Assembly (NCBI GenBank): GCA_016784125.1
Contig: JADHVI010000005.1
Location: 1 to 53,932, forward strand
From: Candidatus Woesearchaeota archaeon
Lineage (GTDB): Archaea > Nanobdellota > Nanobdellia > Woesearchaeales > GCA-2686295
Length of the DNA: 53,932 nucleotides
Direction of reading: 5' to 3'
Made by a program: the position numbers and the translations under genes. Below the pieces are notes generated by a model. It was not told the DNA's origin and did not search any database. It worked only from the letters and a program-made list of their open reading frames with translations. The stretch's first letter is position 1; each line of letters starts with the position of its first letter. Shown here in pieces: positions 1 through 11,071 of this stretch.

Positions 1-2
1 AT

Positions 3-3000
3 TCCAGTTTAACAGACGGAAACACATATTACTATAAATTAATGGCTTTAGACACATCAGGGAACCCGTCTGCTAACACTAGTGTAGCAGCAGGCACACC
101 AACCGATACTGAAGCTCCAAGCGTTGTAACAGGTTTAACAGTTGTTGATACTGCAGATACCGAAGATAGTCTAAATATTAGCTGGACAGCCAGCGGAAGC
201 GCCGATGTAGCAGGATATTTCCTACATAGAAACAATGTGCTCATAGCCAATATAACTGATGTTTCATACACAGATACAGCTGTAACAGATGGAACGCAAT
301 ATACTTACACAGTGTCAGCATATGATGAAGTACCAAACTATGCTGCGAATGTCTCACAAGCAGGAACTGCAGTAGATGATTTAGCACCAAAAGTTGTAGC
401 GATAGCTGGAAGTTCAGCTTCAAATCACTCTGTAAATATTACCTGGGCAAATGTAACTCAGAATTCAGATAATTCTGCTATACAAGACTTAACAGGATAC
501 TTAGTGTATATGAATATAACAGGAACCTGGACAGTTGTACAAAATACTAGTGCAGGAACTTTGATGTATTATAATGATACCTTGAATAATACGCAATTAT
601 ACCAGTTTAGAATAACTGCGTATGACGATGCAGGAAATTCAGGAACAGTTGTAAGCGTTGAATTAACACCTTCAGAAATGCCGACAATAACCTTGACTCC
701 GGGAAGTGGATCATTAATTAAATCAAGTGTTGCTGTAAATATATCAATAACATCTGGACAAAGTTTGGATACACTATGGTATAGAATATATAATTCAACA
801 GGTCAACAACTATCTGATAACCAAACAAACGGGTCAGTAGGAGTAAATGATTGGAATTACAGTATAGATGCAAGTGGATGGTTAGAAGATAATTTACATA
901 CAATTGCAGTTTATGCGAATGATACAAACGGACAATACATTCAGCAAAACTATACTTACGAAGTTGATGATACTATTCCAACAGTTACAACACCAACTGT
1001 TGATGATACTAACGATCCAGATGGAGTTAGCAAGAGCACGCAAGCAATTACTTATGACCTTCAAGTAACAGATGCAAATCAAGCTTATGGCTTGACAGTA
1101 ACTTTTGGAGTTGTAGGTACAGAAGTCAGCATGACAAATGTAACTGCGATAGTTTGGCGAGCATCAACAAACGCTTCAGCTCTAGGATGTAGCGAAGGAA
1201 GTTGTACAGTAACATACATCGCTACCGATGCAGCTGGAAATATCAATAACACTGCGAATTATACTTTTACAGTTGATGATACTAAACCAGCAGTTTCTGG
1301 CGCAATTATGACTGGAGGAATAATAAATCTTACAAACAACAAAGTAAGAGAGAATGATTCCATTACTGTAAATGTAACTGTGACAGATGCAAACAATATC
1401 TCCAGTGTGGAAGTTAATAATCAGACAATGACTAATTCAACAGCTACAGTCTATACTTATACAGGAAACGTCTCAGCACTTGGTTGTAGTTCAGATGGGG
1501 GTTGTACATTAACATTCGAAGCAATAGATATTGCAGGAAATCTAAATAGTTCAACAACTCTACAAATAACTGTAGATGATCTGGCACCATTAGTCAATGT
1601 TGTAACAATAGCAGATGATTATGTGCAGAACAACACAGCTGTTTTCATAACAGTTAATGTAACAGACAATCACACATCAATTTACAATGTGACTGCAGAA
1701 GGAACATCGTTAGTATTACAAGGAGATGGTTTATGGAATGGAACTATAAACTTACTTGACTTGGCAACAAATGCAGTAGATGTTGTAGTAACAGATATTG
1801 TTGGAAATGAACGAACAGATTCAACAACGACATATACCGTTGATGATGTAGCACCAAGCATAAATTCAATCACTTTAGCTGATGATTATGCTAATAACGG
1901 AACTGTTGTATTATTAACTGTTAATGTTACAGATGACGCTATTAACACAGTTATTGCAGAAGGATCGGCTTTAACAAGAAGTGGAGATCTTTGGACTGGA
2001 AATGTAACTTTATTATCTGCTGATTTGATTATAAACATAAGTGCTACAGATAATGCAAGTAATTCTGCAGTAAATAATAGTGTAACATATATTATTGATG
2101 ACGCTGCACCAGTAATTAACACTGTAACTTTAGCAGATGATTATGTAAGACCCACGCAAGTTGTTCTAGTTACTGTTAATATAACGGATGGCCAAACAGA
2201 ATCAGCTATCGCATGGGCTGGAGGGGCTAGTTATGCATTGACTAACACTTCTGGTGATATATGGGTTGGAAACGTGACAATGCCTTCAAGCAGTGGAAAT
2301 ATAACTGTTACGGCGGCAGATGCAGCAGAAAACAATGCTACACCACATCTGAGCACAACATTTGTTGTAGATAGTGTTAGACCAACATTTAGTATCTTAA
2401 CACCTGCTGCAGGCGGAGTTTACACTAATTCAACAGGAAGTATAGTGATAAGCTTCAATGTTTCAGATGCTAACACATCATTAGTCAATGTAACATTGGA
2501 TAATGGATCAAGACATAATGGAAGTACTGCAAATGGAACTCATACATGGTTATTTACTGGTTTAAGAGCAGGTAGACACAGCGTTTTATTCTCAGCCACA
2601 GACGAGGCTGGAAATGATGCTGTCTTGGTTACTAGAAGCTTCCAAATAGTTAGACCTCTAAATCTAACAGAAATTATTTCAAATATGACTGATGCTATTG
2701 GTGACTCAGTGCTTAACTTCACTGTTTTGTCAAATACTACCGATGTCAGTAATAATGAAACCTTGGATGCAAATACTACTTTGTCGATTGAAATGAACCT
2801 AAACATATCAGGTTTGAATGTAACTGCAACAATACCAAATTTCAACGGTTTGGATGCAAACTGGGAACAAACATTCACAATTGAGACTAATGAGAGTTCA
2901 ACAAGTGGAACTAGAGCTTCAACCAGAGCAGGTACAACCATAGAAACATTGTTGTTATTCGAAAACTTGGAAGATTTCTTGGGAGAAGATGAGTTTACAA

Positions 3001-4790
3001 TGGCCACAATCGTATTTCGAGAAGCACTAGGTGGAAGAGATGTACTATATTTGGCTGATGACGCAGGATCGGTGATTTACAAGTTAATTTCATGTACCAG
3101 TATACCAACAAGTGTTGCAACAGCAAGTGCGGCTTGTTATAATGTATCTGGAGGTAATGTAACTTTGTACTTACCACATTTCTCAGGAGGAGGACTGGCT
3201 AATGATACTGCAGCACCATTAATCAATATAACAGGTCCTGACAATGGAAGTACAGTAGGTAATAGTTATTTTCAAGTTAATTTTACTGTATACGAATCAA
3301 ACCCTGCAACTGCTTTTTGTAACATCACTTTAACAAGTGGTGCAACAACTCAAGGTACATATGGTATGACTGCTGCAGTGATGGATTCAACAGGAACAGC
3401 ATACGACGCTAATAGAACTTTCAGAGCTGTTGCTGATGGAGCATATAACTTATCAGTTTACTGTATAGATCAAAACAATAAGAATTCAACTGAAACATAT
3501 ACTGTGACTGTAGCTGATAATACTGAACCAACTGTAACTGAGTTTACTACGACCAACAGTGGATCAAGTACAGTAAGTATATTGCTGGAGATGAGAACAG
3601 ATGAAAAAGCGGTTTGTAAATACAGTACTTCTTCAAGCAATGCTTATGCTGCTATGAGTGCATTCAGTACAACTAACTCAACCTATCACTCAAAAACATT
3701 GAGTTACTCATCAGATACAGATGGAACTTACTATGTGCTATGTAATGATACGGCAGGAAATTTGATGTCTACAAAGAATACTACTGCTTTCGATGCAGAT
3801 GTTTCATCATCGCCCGGAAGTAGTGGGGATCCAGGTACTACTTCTACTGTCAGTACTTACACTAAAGCATGGTCGGAGATCCTGGCTGGAGAAACAAAAA
3901 CAGTTACAATTGATTCAGCAGTATATACGGGTGTTCCAATCACAGGACTTGAATTCATGGCTTTAAATGATTTGAATAGTCCTCAGTTGAAAGTAAGAGC
4001 TTTAACAAGTGCGTCATCAAGCACAGGAACAATTGAGTATACTTCGTATAAGTACTTGCAACTTGTAGAAACAAACTTTGACTCAGATGATTTAACTAAT
4101 ACAAAAATTGAGTTTAAAGTTCCAAAATCATGGATTGAAACAGCTGATATAACAAAAGGCAATGTGGCTTTGTTCAGATTCATTAATGAAACCTGGGTTG
4201 CACAAGAAACAACAATTACTTCTGAAGATGCAGATAATGTATATTATGAAGCAATAACGAGTGGTTTTAGCTATTTTGCAATTGGACAATTAGGTGAAGA
4301 AGTTATTCCTCCACCAGTGATTCCACCTGTAATTATTCCACCAATAACGAATGGAAACATTACGCCTCCTCCTACTGGAGCTGTAACTGGCGGATATGAT
4401 GGTTCTGGTGGGAATGACAGTGGAGAAGGTCAAGGAGATACTAGTAAGGGATCCGGTAAACGTGCATGGCTTTGGAGCTTAGTGATAATTATTGTAATTA
4501 TCATATTGTTGTTTGTGTTCTGGAAAGAAGGAAGGTTCCAGAAAATAATAGGAAGAGCTCATGAAAAAGGATTGCATAAGAAGGAACCTAAAGCTGAACA
4601 ACCAGCTGATGATAAAGCTGCGTTCGTTGATGACAAGCCACCTGTTGAAGACAATCCAAAGCTTGATGAGTTCATAAGAAACGAGATCGCACTTGGACAT
4701 ACAAAGTCTGAGATTAAATCTGCGTTGGAACATGTTGGTTGGTCAAAAGAACAGATTGCAGAAGGCTTCAGAGACTACAACAAGAAGTAA
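3..4790 (+). CDS. Large cell-surface glycoprotein (FN3/Ig-like repeats, PGF-pre-PGF domain, Pro-rich linker, C-terminal TM helix and cytoplasmic tail); 5'-truncated by the window edge
   Basis: Frame is open from base 3 (SSLTDGNTYYYKL-MALDTSGN, an FN3 strand pattern), so ATG 42 is internal. Repeated (V/I)DDxxP domain boundaries, abundant N-x-S/T sequons, YYEAITSGFSYFAIG PGF-pre-PGF-like motif, PPPVIPPV linker, hydrophobic WLWSLVIIIVIIILLFVFW helix. Confidence 0.85.
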   Translation, partial: SSLTDGNTYYYKLMALDTSGNPSANTSVAAGTPTDTEAPSVVTGLTVVDTADTEDSLNISWTASGSADVAGYFLHRNNVLIANITDVSYTDTAVTDGTQYTYTVSAYDEVPNYAANVSQAGTAVDDLAPKVVAIAGSSASNHSVNITWANVTQNSDNSAIQDLTGYLVYMNITGTWTVVQNTSAGTLMYYNDTLNNTQLYQFRITAYDDAGNSGTVVSVELTPSEMPTITLTPGSGSLIKSSVAVNISITSGQSLDTLWYRIYNSTGQQLSDNQTNGSVGVNDWNYSIDASGWLEDNLHTIAVYANDTNGQYIQQNYTYEVDDTIPTVTTPTVDDTNDPDGVSKSTQAITYDLQVTDANQAYGLTVTFGVVGTEVSMTNVTAIVWRASTNASALGCSEGSCTVTYIATDAAGNINNTANYTFTVDDTKPAVSGAIMTGGIINLTNNKVRENDSITVNVTVTDANNISSVEVNNQTMTNSTATVYTYTGNVSALGCSSDGGCTLTFEAIDIAGNLNSSTTLQITVDDLAPLVNVVTIADDYVQNNTAVFITVNVTDNHTSIYNVTAEGTSLVLQGDGLWNGTINLLDLATNAVDVVVTDIVGNERTDSTTTYTVDDVAPSINSITLADDYANNGTVVLLTVNVTDDAINTVIAEGSALTRSGDLWTGNVTLLSADLIINISATDNASNSAVNNSVTYIIDDAAPVINTVTLADDYVRPTQVVLVTVNITDGQTESAIAWAGGASYALTNTSGDIWVGNVTMPSSSGNITVTAADAAENNATPHLSTTFVVDSVRPTFSILTPAAGGVYTNSTGSIVISFNVSDANTSLVNVTLDNGSRHNGSTANGTHTWLFTGLRAGRHSVLFSATDEAGNDAVLVTRSFQIVRPLNLTEIISNMTDAIGDSVLNFTVLSNTTDVSNNETLDANTTLSIEMNLNISGLNVTATIPNFNGLDANWEQTFTIETNESSTSGTRASTRAGTTIETLLLFENLEDFLGEDEFTMATIVFREALGGRDVLYLADDAGSVIYKLISCTSIPTSVATASAACYNVSGGNVTLYLPHFSGGGLANDTAAPLINITGPDNGSTVGNSYFQVNFTVYESNPATAFCNITLTSGATTQGTYGMTAAVMDSTGTAYDANRTFRAVADGAYNLSVYCIDQNNKNSTETYTVTVADNTEPTVTEFTTTNSGSSTVSILLEMRTDEKAVCKYSTSSSNAYAAMSAFSTTNSTYHSKTLSYSSDTDGTYYVLCNDTAGNLMSTKNTTAFDADVSSSPGSSGDPGTTSTVSTYTKAWSEILAGETKTVTIDSAVYTGVPITGLEFMALNDLNSPQLKVRALTSASSSTGTIEYTSYKYLQLVETNFDSDDLTNTKIEFKVPKSWIETADITKGNVALFRFINETWVAQETTITSEDADNVYYEAITSGFSYFAIGQLGEEVIPPPVIPPVIIPPITNGNITPPPTGAVTGGYDGSGGNDSGEGQGDTSKGSGKRAWLWSLVIIIVIIILLFVFWKEGRFQKIIGRAHEKGLHKKEPKAEQPADDKAAFVDDKPPVEDNPKLDEFIRNEIALGHTKSEIKSALEHVGWSKEQIAEGFRDYNKK

Positions 4791-4806
4791 AAATTAATTT
4801 ATTTTT

Positions 4807-5073
4807 TTATTCATTTATTCTATTATTTCTATAATGACTAATTGTTTCTACAACACCCATTCCTATACCAATTCCTACACTTATAGTTATGTTTTTCATG
4901 AATAATCCATTAGAAATCATCTGTTTATATTGTGGGATGTATTGGGAAACGCGTGCGTTCTCAATAGCCTCAATTAATTCTGGTTTAGTGTAAATCGCAT
5001 CTAAAACTTCACCAGTTCCAAAAACTGCCAATCCTGTGGCGACTGCAACTAACACTATTTGTCCGAGTCCCAT
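4807..5073 (-). CDS. Small hypothetical membrane protein (two hydrophobic segments)
   Basis: 88-aa ORF with N- and C-terminal hydrophobic stretches; TATA-like TTTTTATAT about 22 nt upstream on the minus strand. Confidence 0.6.
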   Translation of the reverse strand: MGLGQIVLVAVATGLAVFGTGEVLDAIYTKPELIEAIENARVSQYIPQYKQMISNGLFMKNITISVGIGIGMGVVETISHYRNNRINE

Positions 5074-5131
5074 GATGGATAGAAATGATGCGAAATATAA
5101 AAATGTATACGCTTCTTAAAACCAAAAAATA

Positions 5132-5167
5132 TTTAAATAACCTCTTCTTCGTTGATTTAAAGTCAAC
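5132..5167 (+). promoter_or_regulatory. TATA box plus inverted repeat (candidate operator) upstream of the grpE-dnaK operon
   Basis: TTTAAATA at 5132-5139 followed by near-perfect palindrome GTTGATTT-A-AAGTCAAC at 5151-5167; SD GAGGTGA before grpE. Confidence 0.5.
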
Positions 5168-5208
5168 TAAACATAACTGATAATCAACAACTGTTATAGA
5201 GGTGAAAT

Positions 5209-5676
5209 ATGACGAAGAAAACTAAGACGGTCAAAAAGCAACCAAAACAAGATCTAAAAGCAGATATTACTGAATTAACTCTAACATTGCAAAGAGTGCA
5301 AGCTGAATTCGAGAACTATAAGAAAAGAACAGAAGCTGAATGCACTGAATTCAAGAAATATGCTGAAACAGATCTGATAAAATCATTTTTACCAGTGCTA
5401 GATAATTTTGAATTAGCACTACAAAACAAAAAAGCTCAAGATGAATTCGTAAAAGGAATGGAATTAATCTATTCACAACTATTTGAATCACTTGAACAGC
5501 GAGGGCTAAAAGTTATTAAGGCGGAAGGAGAAAAATTCGATCCTTACAAACATGAAGCTCTATTAACAGAGAAAAGCACCAAAGAACCAAACATGGTATT
5601 GCAAGAATTGCAAAAAGGATATATGGTGTGTGACAAAGTCATAAGACATACAAAAGTCAAGGTTAGTAAGAAATAA
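5209..5676 (+). CDS. grpE: Nucleotide exchange factor GrpE
   Basis: [32 protein letters not shown] motifs; directly upstream of dnaK. Confidence 0.97.
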   Translation: MTKKTKTVKKQPKQDLKADITELTLTLQRVQAEFENYKKRTEAECTEFKKYAETDLIKSFLPVLDNFELALQNKKAQDEFVKGMELIYSQLFESLEQRGLKVIKAEGEKFDPYKHEALLTEKSTKEPNMVLQELQKGYMVCDKVIRHTKVKVSKK

Positions 5677-5689
5677 GGAGGAAAACAAA

Positions 5690-7615
5690 ATGGCAAAAAT
5701 AATTGGAATTGATTTAGGAACAACATTCTCAGCAGTATCTGTATTGGAGGGGGGGAAACCCGTAATTATACCTAATGCAGAAGGACAAAGAACAACACCG
5801 TCAGTTGTAAGTGTGACAGAGGAAGGGGAAAGACTAGTAGGACAAGTCGCAAGAAACCAAGCGATTAGCAACCCTGAACACACCATTGCAAGCGTAAAAA
5901 GAAAGATGGGCTCAGATTTCAAAGCAAAAATGTGGGATAAAGAATACTCTCCACAGCAAATATCTGCGATGATTCTACAAAAGCTTAAAGCAGATGCAGA
6001 AGCATATCTGGGAACAGAAGTCACACAAGCAGTAATAACGGTGCCTGCATACTTCGAAGACAGTCAAAGACAGGCAACAAAGGACGCAGGTAAGATTGCA
6101 GGATTAGAAGTACTAAGAATTATAAACGAACCAACAGCCGCATCATTGGCATATGGATTGGAAAAAGGACATGACCATACAATACTGGTATTTGACTTTG
6201 GAGGAGGAACATTCGACGTATCAATACTAGAACTAGGAGATGGAGTCTTTGAAGTAAAAGCAACAAATGGAGACAACCAACTAGGTGGAAATGATATTGA
6301 TGATATATTAGTAGCTTGGATGGCTGCAGAATTCAAGAAAAACGAAGGAATCGATTTGATCGAAGACAAAACAGCACATCAAAGACTAAAAGAAGCAGCA
6401 GAAAAAGCAAAAATCGAACTATCAACAAAGATGAAAACAGATATTAATCTGCCATTCATAACTGCAGGTAAAACTGGACCAAAGCATCTAAATATGAGTT
6501 TGTCAAGAGCAGAATTCGAAAAAATGCTGGAGCCAATTCTAGAAAAACTGAAAGTACCAACACAACTAGCATTAAAAGATGCAAAGTTGAAATCAAACAA
6601 CTTCGACAAAGTAATATTTGTAGGGGGGAGTACAAGAATACCATCAGTACAAAAACTGGTTAAAGACTTAACAGACAAGGATGGAGATAAATCAGTTAAT
6701 CCTGACGAAGCAGTTGCATTGGGTGCAGCAATCCAAGGAGGAATCTTAGGTGGAGACGTAAAAGACATTCTATTATTGGATGTAACACCGCTAAGCCTCG
6801 GAATCGAAACACTTGGAGGAGTAATGACTGTACTTATAGAAAGAAACACCACTATTCCAACAAAGAAAAGTCAGATATTCAGTACAGCAGCAGATAGTCA
6901 AACAGCTGTGACAATAAGAGTATTCCAAGGAGAAAGAAGTATGGCAGTAGATAATAAACTATTAGGACAATTTGATCTAGTAGGAATACCGCCAGCACCA
7001 AGAGGAATACCACAAGTAGAAGTAGGATTTGATATCGATGCAAATGGCATAGTACACGTAAATGCAAAGGATCTTGGAACAGGAAAAGAGCAAAGCATCA
7101 AGATAACAGCTTCCTCAAACTTAACAAAAGAAGAAGTTGAACAGATGAGACAAGAAGCAGAAAAACATGCTGAGCAAGACAAAACAATGAGAGAAGAGAT
7201 TGAAATAATAAACCAAGCAGACACACTTGCCTATTCAACTGAAAAGTTAGTGAAAGATATGGAAGGGAAAGTAGACAAGAAAGATCTTGAAGCAATAAAA
7301 AAGAATAACGAAGAACTGAAAAAACTTTTGGAAGCTGAAAAGAAAGATACAAAAGCCTTAAAGAAGAAGGTCGATGAACTAAATGAGATAGTTCAAAAAG
7401 CCAGCATGGAAATGTATAAGAAAGTCGCAGAAGAACAAGCCAAAGCACAGAAAAAAGGTACATCAGGAAAAGAAGATGCAAAAGAAGGCGATGAAAAGGT
7501 AGTGGATGCTGATTTTGAAGAAGTCTCAAAATCGAAAGATTCAGACAAGAAAGATGAGAAAGAAGCTACTGAAGAGAAAGACGCCAGAGACAAGAAAAAA
7601 AGCAAAAAGAAATGA
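5690..7615 (+). CDS. dnaK: Hsp70 chaperone DnaK
   Basis: [46 protein letters not shown] motifs; SD GGAGG. Confidence 0.99.
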   Translation: MAKIIGIDLGTTFSAVSVLEGGKPVIIPNAEGQRTTPSVVSVTEEGERLVGQVARNQAISNPEHTIASVKRKMGSDFKAKMWDKEYSPQQISAMILQKLKADAEAYLGTEVTQAVITVPAYFEDSQRQATKDAGKIAGLEVLRIINEPTAASLAYGLEKGHDHTILVFDFGGGTFDVSILELGDGVFEVKATNGDNQLGGNDIDDILVAWMAAEFKKNEGIDLIEDKTAHQRLKEAAEKAKIELSTKMKTDINLPFITAGKTGPKHLNMSLSRAEFEKMLEPILEKLKVPTQLALKDAKLKSNNFDKVIFVGGSTRIPSVQKLVKDLTDKDGDKSVNPDEAVALGAAIQGGILGGDVKDILLLDVTPLSLGIETLGGVMTVLIERNTTIPTKKSQIFSTAADSQTAVTIRVFQGERSMAVDNKLLGQFDLVGIPPAPRGIPQVEVGFDIDANGIVHVNAKDLGTGKEQSIKITASSNLTKEEVEQMRQEAEKHAEQDKTMREEIEIINQADTLAYSTEKLVKDMEGKVDKKDLEAIKKNNEELKKLLEAEKKDTKALKKKVDELNEIVQKASMEMYKKVAEEQAKAQKKGTSGKEDAKEGDEKVVDADFEEVSKSKDSDKKDEKEATEEKDARDKKKSKKK

Positions 7616-7686
7616 TGTCTTGAGTTTAAACAATAATTTTATAATTTTTTAAATAATTTTTTAAAGGGGAAAGGCTGGAAGATACT

Positions 7687-9264
7687 ATGAAAATCAACAA
7701 ACTCACAATCAAGAATTATAAAAGTATACGAGACGTTGAAATACAAGACTTCAGAGATCTAAATGTATTCATAGGGAAAAACGATGCAGGAAAGTCCAAC
7801 ATTATAGGTGCAATAGACATACTATTTAATTCAAACCTGCAAAATTATAGTGGAACACTAAAACTAGTGGGTGAAGACCTTGTGGAAAGTATTTATGAAG
7901 GTCCATTAGAACACCAATTCTTCGACGAGAAAAAAAGCAAAGCAGAAATAACTGCATTTATAGACTTGACAAAACACGAATTAGAAACATATGGTATAAA
8001 TGATGCAGATACAGAACTTGTAATCTCCAAAACCATTACTAATGAAGGAAACAAAACGAGTGTAGGAATAAACTTTATCAGAATAGGGCGTGAAATAGTT
8101 GTGAAAACATCTGATGAAAAGAAACGATTTCAGTCAAAAAAAGGAAGTTATACAGAACAAATCTCAGATGGTTCAGCAAAAAAAATTCTAGAAGACCTAG
8201 AAAACCAATTCATACTTATACCTGCTGATAGAATTGTAATAAGAGATCCAGACATTAGATCAGAAAAAAACAGAGTCGAACAATACCTTAAAGAATCACT
8301 TATAAGACTTGCAAACAGCAAAGACAAAGACAGAAATCTTTTGTTCAAACAATTCACAGACTTCATAGGAGAAATATCTGCATTAATAGACTGCGTAGAA
8401 ACAGTTAAACAGAAACAAAAAATTGTTGATATAAAATTCAAAACATACGACGGTGCAGAAATACCATTATCCACTATAGGTGGAGGAAATAATGAACTCT
8501 TATTATTATTACATGACATGATTATTTCGGGGGGTTTAATCCTGGCAATAGAAGAGCCAGAAATACACCTACATCCTGAACCACAAAGAAAACTATACAC
8601 ATTCATGAAAGAATTCTCAAAAAGCACACAAATGTTTGTCGTAACACACTCACCAATATTTGTTCAGCCTGACAATATACGAGGGTTATTCAGAGTTGTA
8701 AAAGAATCATATGGAACAACAACATATGAAATGAACAAAGAAGAGTACATAGACCGTGATAGACTACAACAAGAGCTAAATTCAGAGAACTGCGAAATGT
8801 TCTTTGCAGACAAAGTATTGCTTGTTGAAGGCATATCTGACAAGATATTGATGGAAGGACTAATCAAAAAATACTGTAAATCGACAGACGAAATAAAAGT
8901 AGTGACGAGTTTTTCCAAAGATAATTTCGAAGTTTACGTACAATTGCTGAAAATATTCAAAATATCACATGTTGTAATGACTGACTTAGATTCACTAAAA
9001 GGCCGAATGCAAATAAAAGTAATTTGGCGAGAACTCAAAGGTAAAAGTTTCAAAAACCGGGATGAAAGGATAGAATTCTTAAAGAAGAAGAAAATCCATG
9101 TTTTATCAAAAGGCGATTTGGAAAGAAGTTATCCATCAAGATATAGGAGACATATATCAAAGCCACTTGATGCGCTATATGCAATACACAATCTCACAGA
9201 TGAGGAATATGAATCTAACAGGATGAAAGACTTGCGAGAAGTGATAGAAGCATTGGAGAGGTAA
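7687..9264 (+). CDS. OLD-family ATP-dependent nuclease (ABC ATPase + Toprim)
   Basis: Walker A GKNDAGKSN, signature-like STIGGG, Walker B/D-loop AIEEPEIHLHP, H-loop VTHSP, Toprim LLVEGISD and TDLD. Confidence 0.88.
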   Translation: MKINKLTIKNYKSIRDVEIQDFRDLNVFIGKNDAGKSNIIGAIDILFNSNLQNYSGTLKLVGEDLVESIYEGPLEHQFFDEKKSKAEITAFIDLTKHELETYGINDADTELVISKTITNEGNKTSVGINFIRIGREIVVKTSDEKKRFQSKKGSYTEQISDGSAKKILEDLENQFILIPADRIVIRDPDIRSEKNRVEQYLKESLIRLANSKDKDRNLLFKQFTDFIGEISALIDCVETVKQKQKIVDIKFKTYDGAEIPLSTIGGGNNELLLLLHDMIISGGLILAIEEPEIHLHPEPQRKLYTFMKEFSKSTQMFVVTHSPIFVQPDNIRGLFRVVKESYGTTTYEMNKEEYIDRDRLQQELNSENCEMFFADKVLLVEGISDKILMEGLIKKYCKSTDEIKVVTSFSKDNFEVYVQLLKIFKISHVVMTDLDSLKGRMQIKVIWRELKGKSFKNRDERIEFLKKKKIHVLSKGDLERSYPSRYRRHISKPLDALYAIHNLTDEEYESNRMKDLREVIEALER

Positions 9265-9268
9265 GAAC

Positions 9269-10393
9269 ATGGCAGGGAAAGATTATTATGATACATTAGG
9301 AGTCACAAGAGATTCAAGCAAGGAAGAAATAAGAAAAGCATATAAGAAGCTTGCAAAGAAATATCATCCAGACTTGAATAAAGATGACTCTTCCGCTGAA
9401 AAAAAGTTTAAAGAAATAAACGAAGCTGCAGCCATACTTAGTGATGATACTAAGAGACAACAATTCGACCAATATGGATCAGAAAGCTTTAAACAAGGTG
9501 GCAGATCATCGGCAAACTATTCAAATTTTGATTTCTCATCGTTCGGAGGAAACTTTGATGATATATTTGATCACCTAGGGGATATATTTGGAGGTTCTTT
9601 TGGAGGAAGAAGTTCTCAAAAGCGATCACAAAGAAGAGGGCATGATTTACAAGCAGAGATAGAAATAACCTTAGATGAAGTAGCCAAAGGCACAAAGAAA
9701 GTTCTACAAATTAGAAAAAATGAGAAATGCTCTGACTGTGAAGGGAAAGGTGGAACCGGACTCGAAAGCTGCTCAAATTGCCATGGATCAGGATCTATCA
9801 GAGATGCGAGGAGAACGCCATTTGGAATATTTCAAACGACATCCCCATGCAGAACTTGTGCAGGCTCAGGAGAAGTAATTAGAAATGTGTGTGGTGGTTG
9901 TAAAGGAAACGGAATGGTAAAATCTGAAAAGAAATTAGAAGTGGATATACCAGAAGGAATTGAAAACGGATCAAGATTACGATTATCAGATGAAGGAGAG
10001 GCTGGCTATAGAGGTGGACCATCAGGTGATTTATACGTCATTGTGCATGTAAAGCCACACGAAATCTTTGAACGGCATGATGAGGACATATATTTAGAAG
10101 TGCCAATAAGCATTGTGGAAGCATCTTTAGGTGATAAGATAGAAGTTCCAACATTAGACGGAAAAGCAAGTCTGAAAATACCTGCCGGAACACAAAGCGA
10201 AACAATCTTTAAAATGAAAGGCAAAGGCCTACCATACTTGCATAGTTATGGGGAAGGGGACCAACTAGTCAAGGTAATTGTTCAAACGCCTGAAAAGCTA
10301 AGTAAGAAGCAAAAGAAGCTTGTTGAAGAACTAGGCAAAGAACTAGGTGACAAAGTAGAACCTAGCAAGAGTTTCTTTAAGAAATTTTTCTAA
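9269..10393 (+). CDS. dnaJ: Chaperone DnaJ (class A)
   Basis: J-domain with HPD, G/F-rich region, four CxxCxGxG zinc-finger repeats, C-terminal domain. Confidence 0.99.
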   Translation: MAGKDYYDTLGVTRDSSKEEIRKAYKKLAKKYHPDLNKDDSSAEKKFKEINEAAAILSDDTKRQQFDQYGSESFKQGGRSSANYSNFDFSSFGGNFDDIFDHLGDIFGGSFGGRSSQKRSQRRGHDLQAEIEITLDEVAKGTKKVLQIRKNEKCSDCEGKGGTGLESCSNCHGSGSIRDARRTPFGIFQTTSPCRTCAGSGEVIRNVCGGCKGNGMVKSEKKLEVDIPEGIENGSRLRLSDEGEAGYRGGPSGDLYVIVHVKPHEIFERHDEDIYLEVPISIVEASLGDKIEVPTLDGKASLKIPAGTQSETIFKMKGKGLPYLHSYGEGDQLVKVIVQTPEKLSKKQKKLVEELGKELGDKVEPSKSFFKKFF

Positions 10394-10441
10394 TTATTTT
10401 ATTTAAAAAAATTTATAAGTGCCCAATTCTGAACATTTTAT

Positions 10442-11059
10442 ATGACAGAAAAAATGAGGGATTTTGTAAAATCAGGATATAATAAAGGAATGTACTCAAA
10501 AGTCTATTCTAGAGATAAAAATGAGTTCGATACTTTCGAAAAGTTCATGTGTGATAATCTAATATCAAGACTAAAAAAAGATTCAAAAATACTGGATTTG
10601 GGCTGTGGTATAGGATTACCTTATGATAAATACTTTTGTAAAAACAAATTTTTAATTGTAGGGGTTGATTCTTCTAAAAAACATATTCTAAAAGCAAGAA
10701 AAAATGTACCTGAAGGTAAATTTTTAGTAGATGATTTTTTTAGCAAAGAAGTAAAAGGAAAATTTGATGCTATAGTCTCATTTTATTCAATTTTTCATAT
10801 TCCAAGAAATGAACATAAAAAGTTATTTGTATATATTAATTCATTATTAAAAAAAGATGGTTGTATTTTAATTACTCTTGGCGTTGATTCCATGAAATAT
10901 GTTGTCAATGAAAATTTTGTTGGTTCACCAATGGCGTGGAGTTCATATAATGTTAAAAAAAATAAACAACTTGTTCAAGATGCTGGTTTTAAAATAATTC
11001 TTTGTGCAGAAGACTACAGAACTGAGAGACATTTATGGATTTTAGCTAGAAAGAAGTAG
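10442..11059 (+). CDS. Class I SAM-dependent methyltransferase
   Basis: Motif I ILDLGCGIG, GVDSS, FDAIVSFYSIFH, LKKDG. Confidence 0.9.
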   Translation: MTEKMRDFVKSGYNKGMYSKVYSRDKNEFDTFEKFMCDNLISRLKKDSKILDLGCGIGLPYDKYFCKNKFLIVGVDSSKKHILKARKNVPEGKFLVDDFFSKEVKGKFDAIVSFYSIFHIPRNEHKKLFVYINSLLKKDGCILITLGVDSMKYVVNENFVGSPMAWSSYNVKKNKQLVQDAGFKIILCAEDYRTERHLWILARKK

Positions 11060-11071
11060 TGCTGATTTCAA

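Noticed and set aside
4300-4380. Short ATTCC(T/A)CC(A/T) repeats in the surface protein gene
   Set aside because: Explained by the Pro-rich IPPPV linker; not an independent repeat element.
5544-7605. Numerous antisense ORFs over dnaK (and likewise over the surface protein, tuf, fusA, rpo genes and kinases)
   Set aside because: Fully overlap well-supported genes on the opposite strand; typical codon-bias shadow frames with no recognisable motifs.
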